Below the pieces are notes generated by a model. It was not told the origin of the DNA and did no database searches. It saw only the letters and a list, made by a program, of their open reading frames with translations. Below are positions 13,657-28,600 of a stretch of 64,000 nt of DNA, one piece after another. The stretch spans positions 372,001 through 436,000 of the forward strand of contig OZ025803.1 in assembly GCA_964019425.1 (NCBI GenBank). Direction: 5' to 3'. Source of the stretch: Flectonema sp. DT1601. Taxonomy: Eukaryota. The position numbers and the translations under genes are program-made. Numbering within the stretch: the stretch's first letter is position 1; every line of letters begins with the position of its first letter.

Positions 13657-14792
13657 GAAATGTGAATACTCTTTTGAATGTATCATATCCACAAAGGGAT
13701 GCGTGTGAAGGTACTGCTGTGAGAAGAATAATTATTCATCGGATTATATTATTATTGCCAACAAGTCGTTTTTAGATATTAAAGTTCACCGAGTGTGCTA
13801 CTCAGCTTCTGGAGTTTTGAGCTAGGAAGATATAAACATCCCAGACAATAGTGAAAACTAAAATAGAGATAAAATGAATTGGCGACGGTTCTTCTCACTA
13901 CAAGTCGAGAGAGGGAGGAAGAAATAATCATGAATATAAAACATATCACGACAAAAGCTGAATTACTTCAGTTAAGGGAGGAAGTTGCTTCTCTGATGTT
14001 AATTTAAGTCAACAAACAGGGAGCTTGTGTGGTGCTTCACTGAAGTTCAGTTCTGATGCTGAACACTGTTAATGAAAGCAAAAAAAATCGAAACTTACGA
14101 TTATTGTGGAAGAGATAAGATATCAGTTATTACACCTCTCTTCACTTTTATAGTCAACAATATGAATTCGAAAAAAAAAAAAAGAAAAAAAAAACGACGA
14201 CGACCCCTGGCGTTAGATTTCATTCATTTTGAATGAAGTTAATTCGCCGAGAAATTGTTTCACTTCTTCGTTGGATTTAGAAATGTGAATACTCTTTTGA
14301 ATGTATCATATCCACAAAGGGATGCTTGTGAAGGTACTGCTCAGAGCTTTTCGGAGGTTATTTTTATTGCAAATATTTCCTCCCCAATTGAGAATTATTA
14401 TTTCCCATAAAAAAAAGAAAATATTTTTATTTTCATACAAAGAAGATAAATAACATCCCAGACAATAGTGAAAACTGAAATAGAGATAAAATGAATGAGG
14501 AGGATTGACAACGGTTCTTCTCACTACAAGTCAAGAGCGGGAGGAAGAAATGGGGAGCAGGTTTAGATATTTCGAAATACAAACAAACTACGTTAAGCTG
14601 AATTGCTTCTGTTAAGGGAGGAAGTTGCTTCTCTGATGTTAATTTAAGTCAACAAACAGGGAGCTTGTGCGGTGCTTCAATAGAGTTCAGTTTTTCCGAT
14701 GCTGAACACCGTTAATGCCAAGCAAAAGGATTGAATTGAAACGAATAGACGTGGATAAGATGATAAATTATTACACTTCTTTCACTTTTATA
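13657..14792. repeat. Diverged tandem duplication (about 500-bp units, 13657-14153 and 14281-14792) upstream of copy 1
   Basis: Shared blocks in the same order: gaaatgtgaatactcttttgaatgtatcatatccacaaagggatgc, aacatcccagacaatagtgaaaact, gttaagggaggaagttgcttctctgatgttaatttaagtcaacaaacagggagcttgtg, cttcacttttatagt. Confidence 0.85.
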
Positions 14793-15815
14793 GTACAGAA
14801 TGTATAGTTCGTTTACAATAGTTCAAAATAAATCAAGAATTAAAAAAAAAAAAAAAAAACATTTATAATTATATCGGACGCCTTAATCACATGATACTTG
14901 TTCTCCCTGAGACCGGTCATCAGAGTAAGTTTTGAGAATCCACTTCAATTTAGAAATAGTCAGTACTTAGTACTGATGACACATGTTTTTTAATATCAAA
15001 AAAAAAAAAAAAAAAGCAACAAGAAAAATAATAGTTTTACGCCCGCCGTTCTTATTGCGAGCTTACACTTTACGGAAATAGCATTTCAGAAGAATCACAT
15101 AATAATAGCACATAAGAATAAGAAAAATAAAAAAAAACAAAAACATCACAATAATGTTTAATTACTAAATTCAGTCAAAGAAGACCAGACTACAGAATAA
15201 AGCAGAAATTAAGCCGAATGGTTAACCTTTTTTTTATATTAGAAATATTAATAATCAAATGTGCTTTGATCAAACACTTTATATTTTTGACGAAACTCAG
15301 TTGATTACTTTCTATCTCAACACAACTTCTAAATAAATTATTAAAAAGATATTTTATGTTGCAGTTCTCTCCAACCATCACTCATAGAAGAGAGTTCCGA
15401 TAACAAAATGAACCCTAAAACACCAAATCGGTATATTTAAAAAAATGACTCTGATGCACCCAGGGTTGGTTTCCTTTTCTATATTTACGATCGATAGTCA
15501 GGAAGCCTTCTTCACGAACAACACTAACCTCGAGTAGGGTCCTTTCACCTTGTCATTCGCTAAGTCATACCAACGCACACCTTTTCTCCCTGTTCTATTT
15601 TTTTTAAGAAAGCCAAACAAAATTGGGTTTTGATGTGACACAGGGTTAAATTAAAAAAAAAGAAAAACTAACAAAGGATTAAATAGTTCAAGGTGTTTCT
15701 TTACACTCAAGGCTTATTTAGAACAAATTGAATTGCTCTGAGTCATACAAATCGATTCCTAAAAAGTGTTTCATTCAAACCTTTTTATCTAAGGTTAGTG
15801 TTGGGCACTTTTAAA

Positions 15816-18800
15816 TTAAATCTTTTCCATTTTATTAAATTGTTGCTGTTCTTCCATCGGAACATCATCCTGACCCAGCGTTGACTGAAATTCCTGAAAA
15901 GAAACACCGCCTTGCTTCTTCTTATACACTAAGAAGCCAGCCACAGCCCCACATACAGCCAATACAGCAATCGCAATCAACAGCCAAATCAACCAGCTGC
16001 TGCTACTCTTGTTGCTGTCATCACCAGTCGCTCCTTTCTGTTGGTATTTGTTGTTAAAGATTTTGACAAGGTCAGCATTGCTCTCTCATTACTATCAAAA
16101 ATATAAAACAACATACCAGATTACCGTTACCTGTCGGACTTTCACCTTCTGATGGTACGACTGTGCTCGAGACCTGAGTAGCATTGCTTCTGTCAGCTTG
16201 TGGCGCATCCGTACTGTTCCTGACTACACTTGATGTATTCTGTTATTTTTAGCTTAGTTTGCTTTGCTTTGCTTTCGCTTTTGACAGCCGAGGAAGGATA
16301 CATACCGAAGTCGTGCACTCAGCAACGCCACCAACCTTCTCGCCTTCGAACATCATTCCATTCACTTTTTTGCATCTGCAAACGAAGTCGTACTTAGCTC
16401 CCGGAGCAGTGTCTGGATCAGTACAGGTCTGGGTATCAACAGGACAAGGTGGTACTCCTGCTGGAGGATTACATTCATCGAACTGACAGCTCATCACTGG
16501 ACTTCCGACATTTTCAACTTGGTCAGCTTCACAGGTACAAATAAAGTCACCAACCACGTTTACATCAGGGTCATTGCATACTTGATGTGCACCACAAGGA
16601 TCGGCTGCGCACTCTCCTGTCTTTTCACAATTGGCAGCACCTCCGATCTTGAACACCCCATTTGCACAGGTGCAGGTGAAGTCATCCAAGCTGTTCGCCT
16701 GCGGGTTAGGGTCGTTGCATGTTTCCACCACACTCGGATGCCCGCTCCACGCACACGGGTTCTTCGAACTGCCCTGCTTACACTCGTCACATTCAGCCAC
16801 AGCTGCACCGACGTTGCGCATCAACCCGAACGGACACCGGCACTCGAAGCTACCATTTGCTACCCGATCGAAGTCGGTGCATATCTGACCTTCGCTACAC
16901 GGGTTGGCAAGGCATTCATCAACTCCACAATTAGCCTTCGCTCCAGTCGCGGTGGGGCCGTTGTTCGCACAAGAACAGACGTAGTCGTTGAGGGAACTGA
17001 CAGACTGATTCGGATCCATACACTCCTGTTCTTCACACGGCTTGGAATCACATTCATTCTTCCCACACCTCGCAGGGCCATCAGTCCGATTCATTGAAGG
17101 GTCAGCCCTACACGAACAAATGAAGTCATGGAGGACATCTGCGTTGGTGTTTGGGTCAACGCAGTCTTGATCGCTACCACAAAGTTGAGATTCGCACTCG
17201 TCATCGATGCACTTCGACACAGCACCTCCAGTTGACGTCACTCCATTGGGGCAGGTGCAAGTGTAGTCTCCAATCGACGCAACAGTTTGCAAAGGATCAT
17301 TGCATACTTGGTTCTGACTGGCATCACAAGGGCTGGCATCGCACTCGTTCTTCGAACAAGTTGCTGGTCCGTCAGTCTTTGAGTTCGACGAGTCAGATTT
17401 ACAAGTACAGGTGAAGTCGTGGAGCACGTTGGCCGCAATGTCAGGATCGTTGCAGTCCTGTTCCGTACTCGACCCGCAAGGATTGGAATCACACTCATTC
17501 ACTTCACACGCAGCCACAGGTCCTCCAGTGGTCACCACCCCATTACCACAAGTGCAGGTGAAATCAGCGAGGGATCCAGGTGTCGGGTTCGGATCATTGC
17601 ATACTTGGTTCTGACTGGCATCACAGGGACTGGCATCACACTCGTTCTTCGAACAAGTCGCTGGTCCGTCAGTCATTACGATTGACGAGTCGGACTTGCA
17701 TGTACAGGTGAAGTCGTGGAGCACGTTGGCTGCAATGTCAGGATCGTTGCAGTCCTGTTCTGTACTCGACCCGCAAGGACTGGAATCACACTCATTCACA
17801 TCACACGCAGCCACAGGTCCTCCAGTAGTCACTACCCCGTTACCACAAGTGCAGGTGAAATCAGTGAGGGATCCAGGTGTCGGGTTCGGATCATTGCATA
17901 CTTGGTTCTGACTGGCATCACAAGGACTGGCATCACACTCGTTCTTCGAACAAGTCGCTGGTCCGTCAGTGCTTGAGATTGACGAGTCGGACTTGCATGT
18001 ACAGGTGAAGTCGTGGAGCACGTTTGCTGTAATGTCAGGATCGTTGCAGTCCTGTTCCGTACTCGACCCGCAAGGATTGGAATCACACTCATTCACATCA
18101 CACGCAGCCACAGGTCCTCCAGTAGTCACTACCCCGTTACCACAGGTGCAGGTGAAATCAGTGAGGGATCCAGGTGTTGGGTTCGGATCATTGCATACTT
18201 GGTTCTGACTGGCATCACAAGGGCTGGCATCACACTCGTTCTTCGAACAAGTGGCCGGACCATCAACTTGCGTGATTGTTGTGCTGGATTTGCAGGTACA
18301 CACAAAGTCGTGCTGGCTGCCAGATGCCGTGTTGGGATCATTACAATCTTGGTCCATGTTGGTACCGCAGGGGTTCGTCAGAACAACACACTCGTCGATG
18401 TCACACGTTGCCGGAGCACCAGTGGCAGTCGCGCCGTTCGTACAAGAGCAAACATAATCCAACAAAGAAAGGGGTGTCTTCACCGGGTCATTACACATCT
18501 GACCAGGTCCGCAAGGGGAGGCGAGACACTCATCCTGCACACAAACAGCGGGTCCTCCCATCAGATCTCCAACCTTCGGTGATCTGCATGTGCAAGTGAA
18601 GTCTCCAGCAGAACTCACATCTTCATTAGCATCAGTACAATCCTGACCACTTCCACAAGGTGAGGCGTCACACTCGTTGAGAACGCAAGTAGCCAGACCT
18701 CCAACTTTGCTTCCCACCCCAACCTGACAGGTGCAAATGAAATCCATCTGACCCGCTGCAGTGCTGTCGGGATCGTTGCAAGTCTGACTTGTACCACAAG

Positions 18801-21273
18801 GATTGGCGGTGCACTCATCCATGTTACCCATCGAGCAGGTAGCAGGCCTTCCCGTCTCCATCACATTTTGGTTAGGGGCAAGGCAAGTACACGTGAAGTC
18901 TCCAGTCGATGCAGCAGACTGATTCGGATCATCGCATGTCTGACTGCCACACGGAGACGTTGCGCACTCGTCCTCAACACACGCAGCAACTGGTCCATCA
19001 ACCATCCTCAAGTTCATGTCGTTGTCACAAATACATTCGAAGTCGTGCAGTGAGTTGGCAGCTTGATTCCCATCATTACAAGACTGCCCGCTTCCACAGT
19101 TGAATGTTGTGCATTCATCAGTCTCACAAGTTGCGAGTCCTCCAATGGCTGTAATGCCGTTGGCACACGCGCATGTGAAGTCGTTCAATGCAGAGAGCGA
19201 AGTGTCCGGATCTACACAGGTCTGCGTTCCGCAAGGCATCGCATCACACTCATTCTTAGTACAAGTTGCAGGACCATCAACCTTTGTAAGAGACGTGTCT
19301 GACTTGCAAGTACAGACGAAGTCATGAAGATTGTTCGAAGCTGTGTTGGGATCGTTGCAGTCTTGTTCACTAGTTGATCCACAAGGATTGGCATCACACT
19401 CGTTGGTGATGCAGGTCGTCACAGCACCTCCGGTAGCAACGACTCCATTAGGACAAGTGCAAGTGTAGTCACCAATGGAGCCGAATGTTGGGCTTGGGTC
19501 ATTGCAAGTCTGGCTCTGGGAAGCATCACATGGGTTGGCGTCACACTCGTTCTTAGTACAAGTCGCAGGACCATCGACCCTCGTAAGAGACGTGTCTGAC
19601 TTGCAAGTACAGACGAAGTCATGCAGATTGTTCGAAGCTGTGTTGGGATCGTTGCAGTCTTGTTCACTGGTTGATCCACAAGGATTGGCATCGCACTCGT
19701 TGTTGATGCAGGTCGTCACAGCACCTCCGGTAGCAACGACTCCATTAGGACAAGTGCAAGTGTAGTCACCAATGGAAGACAACGTCGGGCTTGGGTCATT
19801 GCAAGTCTGGCTCTGGGAAGCATCACATGGGTTGGCGTCACACTCGTTCTTAGTGCAAGTTGCAGGACCATCGACCCTTGTGAGAGACGCGTCTGACTTG
19901 CAAGTACAGACGAAATCATGCAGATTGTTAGAAGCTGTGTTAGGATCGTTGCAGTCTTGTTCACTGGTCGATCCACAAGGATTGGCATCACACTCGTTGT
20001 TGATGCAGGTCGTCACAGCACCTCCGGTAGCAACGACTCCATTAGGACAAGTACAAGTGTAGTCACCAATGGAAGACAACGTCGGACTTGGGTCATTGCA
20101 AGTCTGGCTCTGGGAAGCATCACATGGGCTAGAGTCACATTCATTCTTTGAACAAGTCGCTGGACCATCAACTTGGGTGACTGAGGAATCCGACAAACAA
20201 GTACAAATGAAGTCATGAAGGGAATTGGATGCCTTATTAGGATCGTTGCACGTTTGATCAGTACCACACGGATTAGCATCACACTCTCTAGTTTCACATG
20301 TAGCCTGACCACCAGTTGATACAATCGAAGGGTACATATCACAAGTACAGGTATAGTCATTACTCGAAGTAGTATCAGGATCGTTACATGTCTGTCCAGT
20401 TCCACAAGGGCTGTTGTCACACTCGTTTGTTCCTGATGGAGGTGCTGCGCATCCACTTGCAGTCTCACCGTATCTGCCAACGTTGTCTTCGTATTGGCCA
20501 CCAGTACCCATAGCACCAACATTACCTCCGCTCCCGTAGTTGCAAATCATGTATATGTTTAATCCAAATCGTCCATCATTCTGACACAATCCGCATCCAA
20601 CTTGCGTAGTCGCCTTCCAAATAACCTGGGTAAAATGACCAGTTGTTTGACTCTCAGTGAAAGTGTTGTAGTCCCAACATGCTTCCTCGTTACAGTACCA
20701 ATCCTCAGCTCCGATTGCTGGGTCCCAGTTATGCACATCAAAGTTGGATGTGGTATATTTTAAGTTCTCACCGAGCCTGGCGCCGGCGTACGAAGGAGAA
20801 TCATTGTGAAAAAGATCTTTTTGCTCGCAAGATTTCCGGAAACCGTCACTGCCAACAGAGTATGCAGCAATCCCAGCTTCGTAAACGAGAGGACAGGCGC
20901 CATGTTTAGCACGAAGCTCGTTGTGCTTCGCTAAAACGCTGTCAATCTGCCACTGCGCGAGTTCGGAGAAGCAAGCAGACGTAGTACGGCCAGTACATTT
21001 ACCGGTCTTTGCTACGGTTGGTGCTGGGACTGGTGCACCAGGGGGACACGTGCAGTCACACCGCCCGTTGTTGCAATTGCTGAAAGTAACTATCTGCGCA
21101 CATCCATATTGGGCTGCCATTGCCTTGCAAATTAAACCGCCATCACATTCATCTGTGCAAACGGGTCCAGTGCCAACACATATTTCTTTCGTTGTCTTTA
21201 ACCGACATTGTGCGCTTGCAAAGTCTGCAAGTAGAACCGTCCCAATGAGGACGCAGAACTGCGACCACTTCAT
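15816..21273 (-). CDS. CAP + EGF-like repeat membrane protein, copy 2 (about 1770 aa)
   Basis: Same architecture as copy 1. Exons 21273-16306, 16239-16117 and 16037-15816, all multiples of 3. Tail reads ...GVSFQEFQSTLGQDDVPMEEQQQFNKMEKI*. Confidence 0.9.
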
Positions 21274-22450
21274 AATTTGTGTTGTTAAACTTTTCAAATA
21301 GAATGATTTCAATCAAGACAACCAATCTTGAACACGAATGTCACGATCGTCAGGACTCAAGACTCTCAGTAATCTCACCAGAGTAGCAAGAGAAGTTAGA
21401 AATGTGAATACTCTTTTGAATGTATCATATCCACAAAGGGATGCGTGTGAAGGTACTGCTGTGAGAAGAATAAGTATGTCATTTAGCTTATATTGACACT
21501 TAGCAACTCATCTTTAGATTTTCCTTTCTTTATTTCCCGCGCTTCGGGAGTTAGAGATAAGAACATTACTAATAGTGAAACACATAGCTGCAGAGAGCGG
21601 ACTTTATAACGTCCTTCTCAATGCTGTTTCTCTTACAAGAAAACAACTCTTGATGTATGAGAGAGAAAAAGGGAGAGAGAGAGAGGAGAATTTCAAAAAA
21701 AAGGGGGAAAAAAAAATCTTATTGTAACTTGTAATGCATAAAAAAAGGGAACAAAATAATACAAAAAAAAAAAAGGGTCAAAATCTTCACTGTTACAATT
21801 GCTATGATATGATAACAAGAAGGTACTGAAAGTAAATTATTCAGACCCAGGGAGTAATTAAATGGGAGACGAATGTATCAAGCCTAAGAACTTAAAATGA
21901 CTTTACTTAGGGGTTGACATTCGTGAGATAGATAGACTGGTTTTTTTATCCTATTTTTTAGTTAGTACTCGCTAACACCGTTAGTGTAAGCTACTTATTA
22001 TAACAAAATTCTGAAAACAAAAAAACGCAAAAAAAAAAAAAAAAAAGCTGTAAAAAATATAGAAAAAACAGCAAACTTTTTTTTGATTCCCTGTTCTCTT
22101 TCTTTTCATTTTTATCTTTAGAAGTCACATCTATATAAATAATAACTTTATCAAAAAAGTTAGTAAAAATTATTTGGCTACGAAGCCAAATACATCACAA
22201 AAACAATTATGCAAACCCACACGTCTCTAAGTCGCAAGGGTCTAACATTATTAATATCTTAATTAATTATGTGTATTAATTGGGGGGATGCTTAAGTTAA
22301 TTTAAGAGCTAATCCCTAGTTTGCTAGTAAAGCTGACGAAGAACAAATTAAATTGCTCTTAGTAGCTTGTTGATTCCAATCTTTTTCAATTTAAATAATA
22401 AAATTATCCAATTTTACTGTATATCAGTATCGTATACGAATCAAAGTTTT

Positions 22451-25400
22451 TCAGAGAGTAATTGTTTCCGACTTATGCATTTCTCGGGTCATGGGAAGTT
22501 CAGTTTGCTCATCTGTGCCAACTCGGGTTTGGAAGTTTTGAAATGAAACACTGTCCTTCTTCTTCATTATAAATAAACCTGCAGCAACACCACCGACACA
22601 CAATGCAGCAATCCCAACCAGCAGCCACACCCACCAGTTGCTGCTGCTGCTGTCTTTTTTACTTTCATTACCGCCTGCTCCATTCTGTTGGTATTTCATT
22701 TCAACGATATCAAAGAAGTCAAGGATAAGGTTACGTTAATTAATTGATCTAACTTGTTAAAATAATAACATACCAGACTACTGTTCCCTGAATCTGATGG
22801 CACTACTGTACTTTGAACTGCATTAGTGTTTCCCTTATCCTGTTATATTTATTCCTTAATACCTCTACTTAGATACTTCACACACATTTGCAGTCAAAAT
22901 GATTAACAAATTTCAACAAAATGCTAAAGTGACAACAAATCAGAAGTGGATCCAAGAAGCTCAACATGGAATCAGTAAATCTGAGTACTATAGAGTTAGA
23001 GACATTCATATCTCGTGTTAGATGAAAGTCAGGCAAATAAAGGAAATCATCAAACAAGAGCAAGCGGGTCTAGGAAAACAAACCCCCGTCAAATGGAAAA
23101 TCTGTTCACACTTAAGCATGTTTCTACAACACACTCAAAGCATCCCCAATGCATTCAATATACTAAACAAGAATGGATACATACCGAAGTCGTGCACTCA
23201 GCAACGCCACCAACTTTCTCGCCTTCGAACATCATTCCATTCACTTCTTTGCATCTGCAAACGAAGTCGTACTTAGCTCCCGGAGCAGTGTCTGGATCAG
23301 TACAGGTCTGGGTATCAACAGGACAAGGTGGTACTCCTGCTGGAGGATTACATTCATCGAACTGACAGCTCATCACTGGCCTTCCGACATTCTCAACTTG
23401 GTCAGCTTCACAGGTACAAATAAAGTCACCAACCACGTTTACATCAGGGTCATTGCATACTTGATGTGCACCACAAGGATCGGCTGCGCACTCTCCTGTC
23501 TTTTCACAATTGGCAGCACCTCCGATCTTGAACACCCCATTTGCACAGGTGCAGGTGAAGTCATCCAAGCTGTTCGCCTGCGGGTTAGGGTCGTTGCATG
23601 TTTCCACCACACTCGGATGCCCGCTCCACGCACACGGGTTCTTCGAACTGCCCTGCTTACACTCGTCACATTCAGCCACAGCTGCACCGATGTTGTGCGT
23701 CAACCCGAACGGACACCGGCACTCGAAGCTACCATTTGCCACCCGATCGAAGTCGGTGCATATCTGACCTTCGCTACACGGGTTGGCAAGGCATTCATCA
23801 ACTCCACAATTAGCCTTCGCTCCAGTCGCGGTGGGGCCGTTGTTCGCACAAGAACAGACGTAGTCGTTGAGGGAACTGACAGACTGATTCGGATCCATAC
23901 ACTCCTGTTCTTCACACGGCTTGGAATCACATTCATTCTTCCCACACCTCGCAGGGCCATCAGTCCGATTCATTGAAGGGTCAGCCCTACACGAACAAAT
24001 GAAGTCATGGAGGACATCTGCGTTGGTGTTTGGGTCAACGCAGTCTTGATCGCTACCACAAGGCTGAGATTCGCACTCGTCATCGATGCACTTCGACACA
24101 GCACCTCCAGTTGACGTCACTCCATTGGGACAGGTGCAAGTGTAGTCTCCAATCGACGCAACAGTTTGCAAAGGATCATTGCATACTTGGTTCTGACCGG
24201 CATCACAAGGGCTGGCATCGCACTCGTTCTTCGAACAAGTGGCCGGACCATCAACTTGCGTGATTGTTGTGCTGGATTTGCAGGTACACACAAAGTCGTG
24301 CTGGCTGCCAGATGCCGTGTTGGGATCATTACAATCTTGGTCCATGTTGGTACCGCAGGGGTTCGTCAGAACAACACACTCGTCGATGTCACACGTTGCT
24401 GGAGCACCAGTGGCAGTCGCGCCGTTCGTACAAGAGCAAACATAATCCAACAAAGAAAGGGGTGTCTTCACCGGGTCATTACACATCTGACCAGGTCCGC
24501 AAGGGGAGGCGAGACACTCATCCTGCACACAAACAGCGGGTCCTCCCATCAGATCTCCAACATTCGGTGATCTGCATGTGCAAGTGAAGTCTCCAGCAGA
24601 ACTCACATCTTCATTAGCATCAGTACAATCCTGACCACTTCCACAAGGTGAGGCGTCACACTCGTTGAGAACGCAAGTAGCCAGACCTCCAACTTTGCTT
24701 CCCACCCCAACCTGACAGGTGCAAATGAAATCCATCTGACCCGCTGCAGTGCTGTCGGGATCGTTGCAAGTCTGACTTGTACCACAAGGATTGGCGGTGC
24801 ACTCATCCATGTTACCCATCGAGCAGGTAGCAGGTCTTCCCGTCTCCATCACATTTTGGTTAGGAGCAAGGCAAGTACACGTGAAGTCTCCAGTCGATGC
24901 AGCAGACTGATTCGGATCATCGCATGTCTGACTGCCACACGGAGACGTTGCGCACTCGTCCTCAACACACGCAGCAACTGGTCCATCAACCATCTTCAAG
25001 TTTATGTCGTTGTCACAAATACATTCGAAGTCGTGCAGTGAGTTGGCAGCTTGATTCCCATCATTACAAGACTGCCCGCTTCCACAGTTGAATGTTGTGC
25101 ATTCATCAGTCTCACAAGTTGCGAGTCCTCCAATGGCTGTAATGCCGTTGGCACACGCGCATGTGAAGTCGTTCAACGCAGAGAGCGAAGTATCCGGATC
25201 TACACAGGTCTGCGTTCCACAAGGCATCGCATCACACTCATTCTTAGTGCAAGTTGCAGGACCATCGACCCTTGTGAGAGACGTGTCTGACTTGCAAGAA
25301 CAGACAAAGTCATGCAGATTGTTAGAAGCAGTGTTAGGATCGTTGCAGTCTTGTTCACTGGTTGATCCACAAGGATTGGCATCACACTCGTTGTTGATGC

Positions 25401-26667
25401 AGGTCATCACAGCACCTCCGGTAGCAACGACTCCATTAGGACAAGTACAAGTGTAGTCACCAATGGAAGACAACGTCGGACTTGGGTCATTGCAAGTCTG
25501 GCTCTGGGAAGCATCACATGGGCTAGAGTCACATTCATTCTTTGAACAAGTCGCTGGACCATCAACTTGGGTGACTGAGGAATCCGACAAACAAGTACAA
25601 ATGAAGTCATGAAGGGAATTGGATGCCTTATTAGGATCGTTGCACGTTTGATCAGTACCACACGGATTAGCATCACACTCTCTAGTTTCACATGTAGCCT
25701 GACCACCAGTTGATACAATCGAAGGGTACATATCACAAGTACAGGTATAGTCATTACTCGAAGTAGTATCAGGATCGTTACATATCTGTCCAGTTCCACA
25801 AGGGCTGTTGTCACACTCGTTTGTTCCTGATGGAGGTGCTGCGCATCCACTTGCAGTCTCACCGTATCTGCCAACGTTGTCTTCGTATTGGCCACCAGTA
25901 CCCATAGCACCAACATTACCTCCGCTCCCGTAGTTGCAAATCATGTATATGTTTAATCCAAATCGTCCATCATTCTGACACAATCCGCATCCAACTTGCG
26001 TAGTCGCCTTCCAAATAACCTGGGTAAAATGACCAGTTGTTTGACTCTCAGTGAAAGTGTTGTAGTCCCAACATGCTTCCTCGTTACAGTACCAATCCTC
26101 AGCTCCGATTGCTGGGTCCCAGTTATGCACATCAAAGTTGGATGTGGTATATTTTAAGTTCTCACCGAGCCTGGCGCCGGCGTACGAAGGAGAATCATTG
26201 TGAAAAAGATCTTTTTGCTCGCAAGATTTCCGGAAACCGTCACTGCCAACAGAGTATGCAGCAATCCCAGCTTCGTAAACGAGAGGACAGGCGCCATGTT
26301 TAGCACGAAGCTCGTTGTGCTTCGCTAAAACGCTGTCAATCTGCCACTGCGCGAGTTCGGAGAAGCAAGCAGACGTAGTACGGCCAGTACATTTACCGGT
26401 CTTTGCTACGGTTGGTGCTGGGACTGGTGCACCAGGGGGACACGTGCAGTCACACCGCCCGTTGTTGCAATTGCTGAAAGTAACTATCTGCGCACATCCA
26501 TATTGGGCTGCCATTGCCTTGCAAATTAAACCGCCATCACATTCATCTGTGCAAACGGGTCCAGTTCCAACACATATTTCTTTCGTTGTCTTTAACCGAC
26601 ATTGTGCGCTTGCAAAGTCTGCAAGTAGAACCGTCCCAATGAGGACGCAGAACTGCGACCACTTCAT
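22451..26667 (-). CDS. CAP + EGF-like repeat membrane protein, copy 3 (shortest intact, about 1260 aa)
   Basis: Exons 26667-23185, 22839-22774 (type B stalk, DKGNTNAVQSTVVPSDSGNSSL) and 22684-22451 (TM WWVWLLVGIAALCVGGVAAGLFIM). Introns of 345 and 89 nt. Confidence 0.88.
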
Positions 26668-27075
26668 AATTTGTGTTGTTAAACTTTTCAAATAGAATGA
26701 TTTCAATCAAGACAACCAATCTTGAACACGAATGTCACGATCGTCAGGACTCAAGACTCTCAGTAATCTCACCAGAGTAGCAAGAGAAGTTAGAAATGTG
26801 AATACTCTTTTGAATGTATCATATCCACAAAGGGATGCGTGTGAAGGTACTGCTGTGAGAAGAATAATTATTTCATTTAACTTATATTGACACTTAGCAA
26901 CTCATCTTTAGATTTTCCTTTCTTTATTTCCCGCGCTTCGGGAGTTAGAGATAAGAACATTACTAATAGTGAAACACATAGCTGCAGAGAGCGGACTTTA
27001 TAACGTCCTTCTCAATGCTGTTTCTCTTACAAGAAAACAACTCTTGATGTATGAGAGAAAAAAAGGGAGAGAGAG

Positions 27076-27572
27076 TTAGTTTAGTTTAGTTAGCAAAATA
27101 CAAACTGATGACTACGAGGGGTCTGGGTAGCCCGCATCAGTAAGGACCCAATCGCGAAGATTGTAGTTTCATAGTATTGGCTGGAAGTGATCGACTTCCA
27201 GCCTCCACCTTGCCCAGAGGCTAACAGGTTGTAAACAACAAAAGAAAATAAAAGAGAAACGATCTGGGAGTGGGGGGAAGGTGAAAAAAATAAAAAATCT
27301 TCTTTCTTTCATATACATCTTTCTTTATAATACGACCACATGTGCCATATGCCCACACTCCACGAAAGAAAATAGAAACCCCCGGAACAGTACCGAGGAT
27401 CGTTCACTCCCAGTTGTCCAAAGCATTATAAGTGTACTGTGGGCTTACCGAAAAGCTTTAGAAATGCACCACAAAAGATTTGGGCAGCACATAGCCATAT
27501 CACTCAGCAAGAAATGAAAACCAAAAGGATCAGGTAAGATGACAGTCAGTTTAAGGTCATAACGGCGGACCT
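27076..27572 (-). mobile_element. 5'-truncated non-LTR retrotransposon-like insertion in a (GA)n tract
   Basis: Absent from the equivalent site upstream of copy 2 (about 21670). Flanked by gagagagag on both sides and ends in a (CTAAA)n tail on the minus strand. Degenerate frame reads ...TVILPDPFGFHFLL...SWSVGIWHMWSY. A second diverged copy lies at about 56295-56587. Confidence 0.6.
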
Positions 27573-28355
27573 AGAGAGAGAGAGAGAGGAAATAATGTAG
27601 GAAAGATCAAAAAAAGATAAAATTCATCCCATAAATATTATTGCTGTGATCACAAAGACATATGGATAGAGAGATGAGGAAGTCAAATACATGGCGTACA
27701 GTGCATCGCTGATACAGCAAACTGAGCATGAGGTTAACTACTTAAAGAATTTAACAAAACAAAATTGAAAGACAAAATATTTCAACCAGAGAGGGTGGTG
27801 AATTCATCAAACATAGGAATTAGAAATGCGTATACTTGGTGCGGAACTTCATGAATTGAATCAGTGTTTACGTAGGGAACATGCAGGGCAGTAAATGACT
27901 CAATAAAAGAGTTTTGTTTACTTGGCTTCAACCGGAAGAATTAATTCCCAGCGCGTAACAGAACTCAAAAGAAACTTCAGATATTAATTATAAGTCATGG
28001 CACGGATTTATATTTTTATATAAATATAATTATATAATACTGGTAATAAATGTAATAAACTAAAAAAAAAAAAAAAACGAAAAACCCCGCAAGAAAAACC
28101 GCACCATATGAGACGCCGGGTCTATATCAACAATGTGCATAATAAAATACATATTTAGGGAAGCAAAAAATCATTTTGTAATTACGCATTCAAAATCCTA
28201 AAAGCAAACAGTCATAAGAATGCAAACAAACAGTAAGAATTTATCTCTAGTTTGTCAACATTACTGTCGCAGAACAAATTGAATTGTTCTCAGTGATTTG
28301 TTGATTTCGAAAGTCTTTTGCAAAGCAAATTAAAATAAATGATTCTACGTGTATT

Positions 28356-28439
28356 TCAGAATTTCATGGGATGGCTCATGGAAATATCTGTCCGTTCTTC
28401 TGCGCTAAACTCTGCTCTAAAGTTTTGAAATGAAACATT
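28356..28439 (-). pseudogene. Orphan cytoplasmic-tail fragment of a lost CAP-EGF paralog
   Basis: Translates NVSFQNFRAEFSAEERTDISMSHPMKF*, matching the family tail motif VSFQxF. It is followed by its own copy of the 3'-UTR (about 28150-28355 resembles 28459-28700). Confidence 0.75.
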
Positions 28440-28600
28440 GTTAAATTTCCTTTTAAACATATTTAGGGTAGCAAAAACATTTCGTTATTACGCACTCAAA
28501 ATCTCAAAAGACAAGTTTCGAACAAACTCAAAAGCAAACAGTTATAAGTACGCAAACAAACAGTAAGAATTTATCTCTAGTTTGTCAACATTACTGTCGC

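Noticed and set aside
13625..13690. Box C/D snoRNA (ATGATA...CTGA on minus strand)
   Set aside because: Box C is imperfect, the D-box side is not kept in the 14281 and 34902 copies, and no guide target can be verified by eye.
22451..22699. Small standalone TM proteins MKYQQNGAGG... (also 28713, 38206, 54345)
   Set aside because: The ATG lies in the intron 3' end (ATGAAATACCAACAG|); these are last exons of the large genes.
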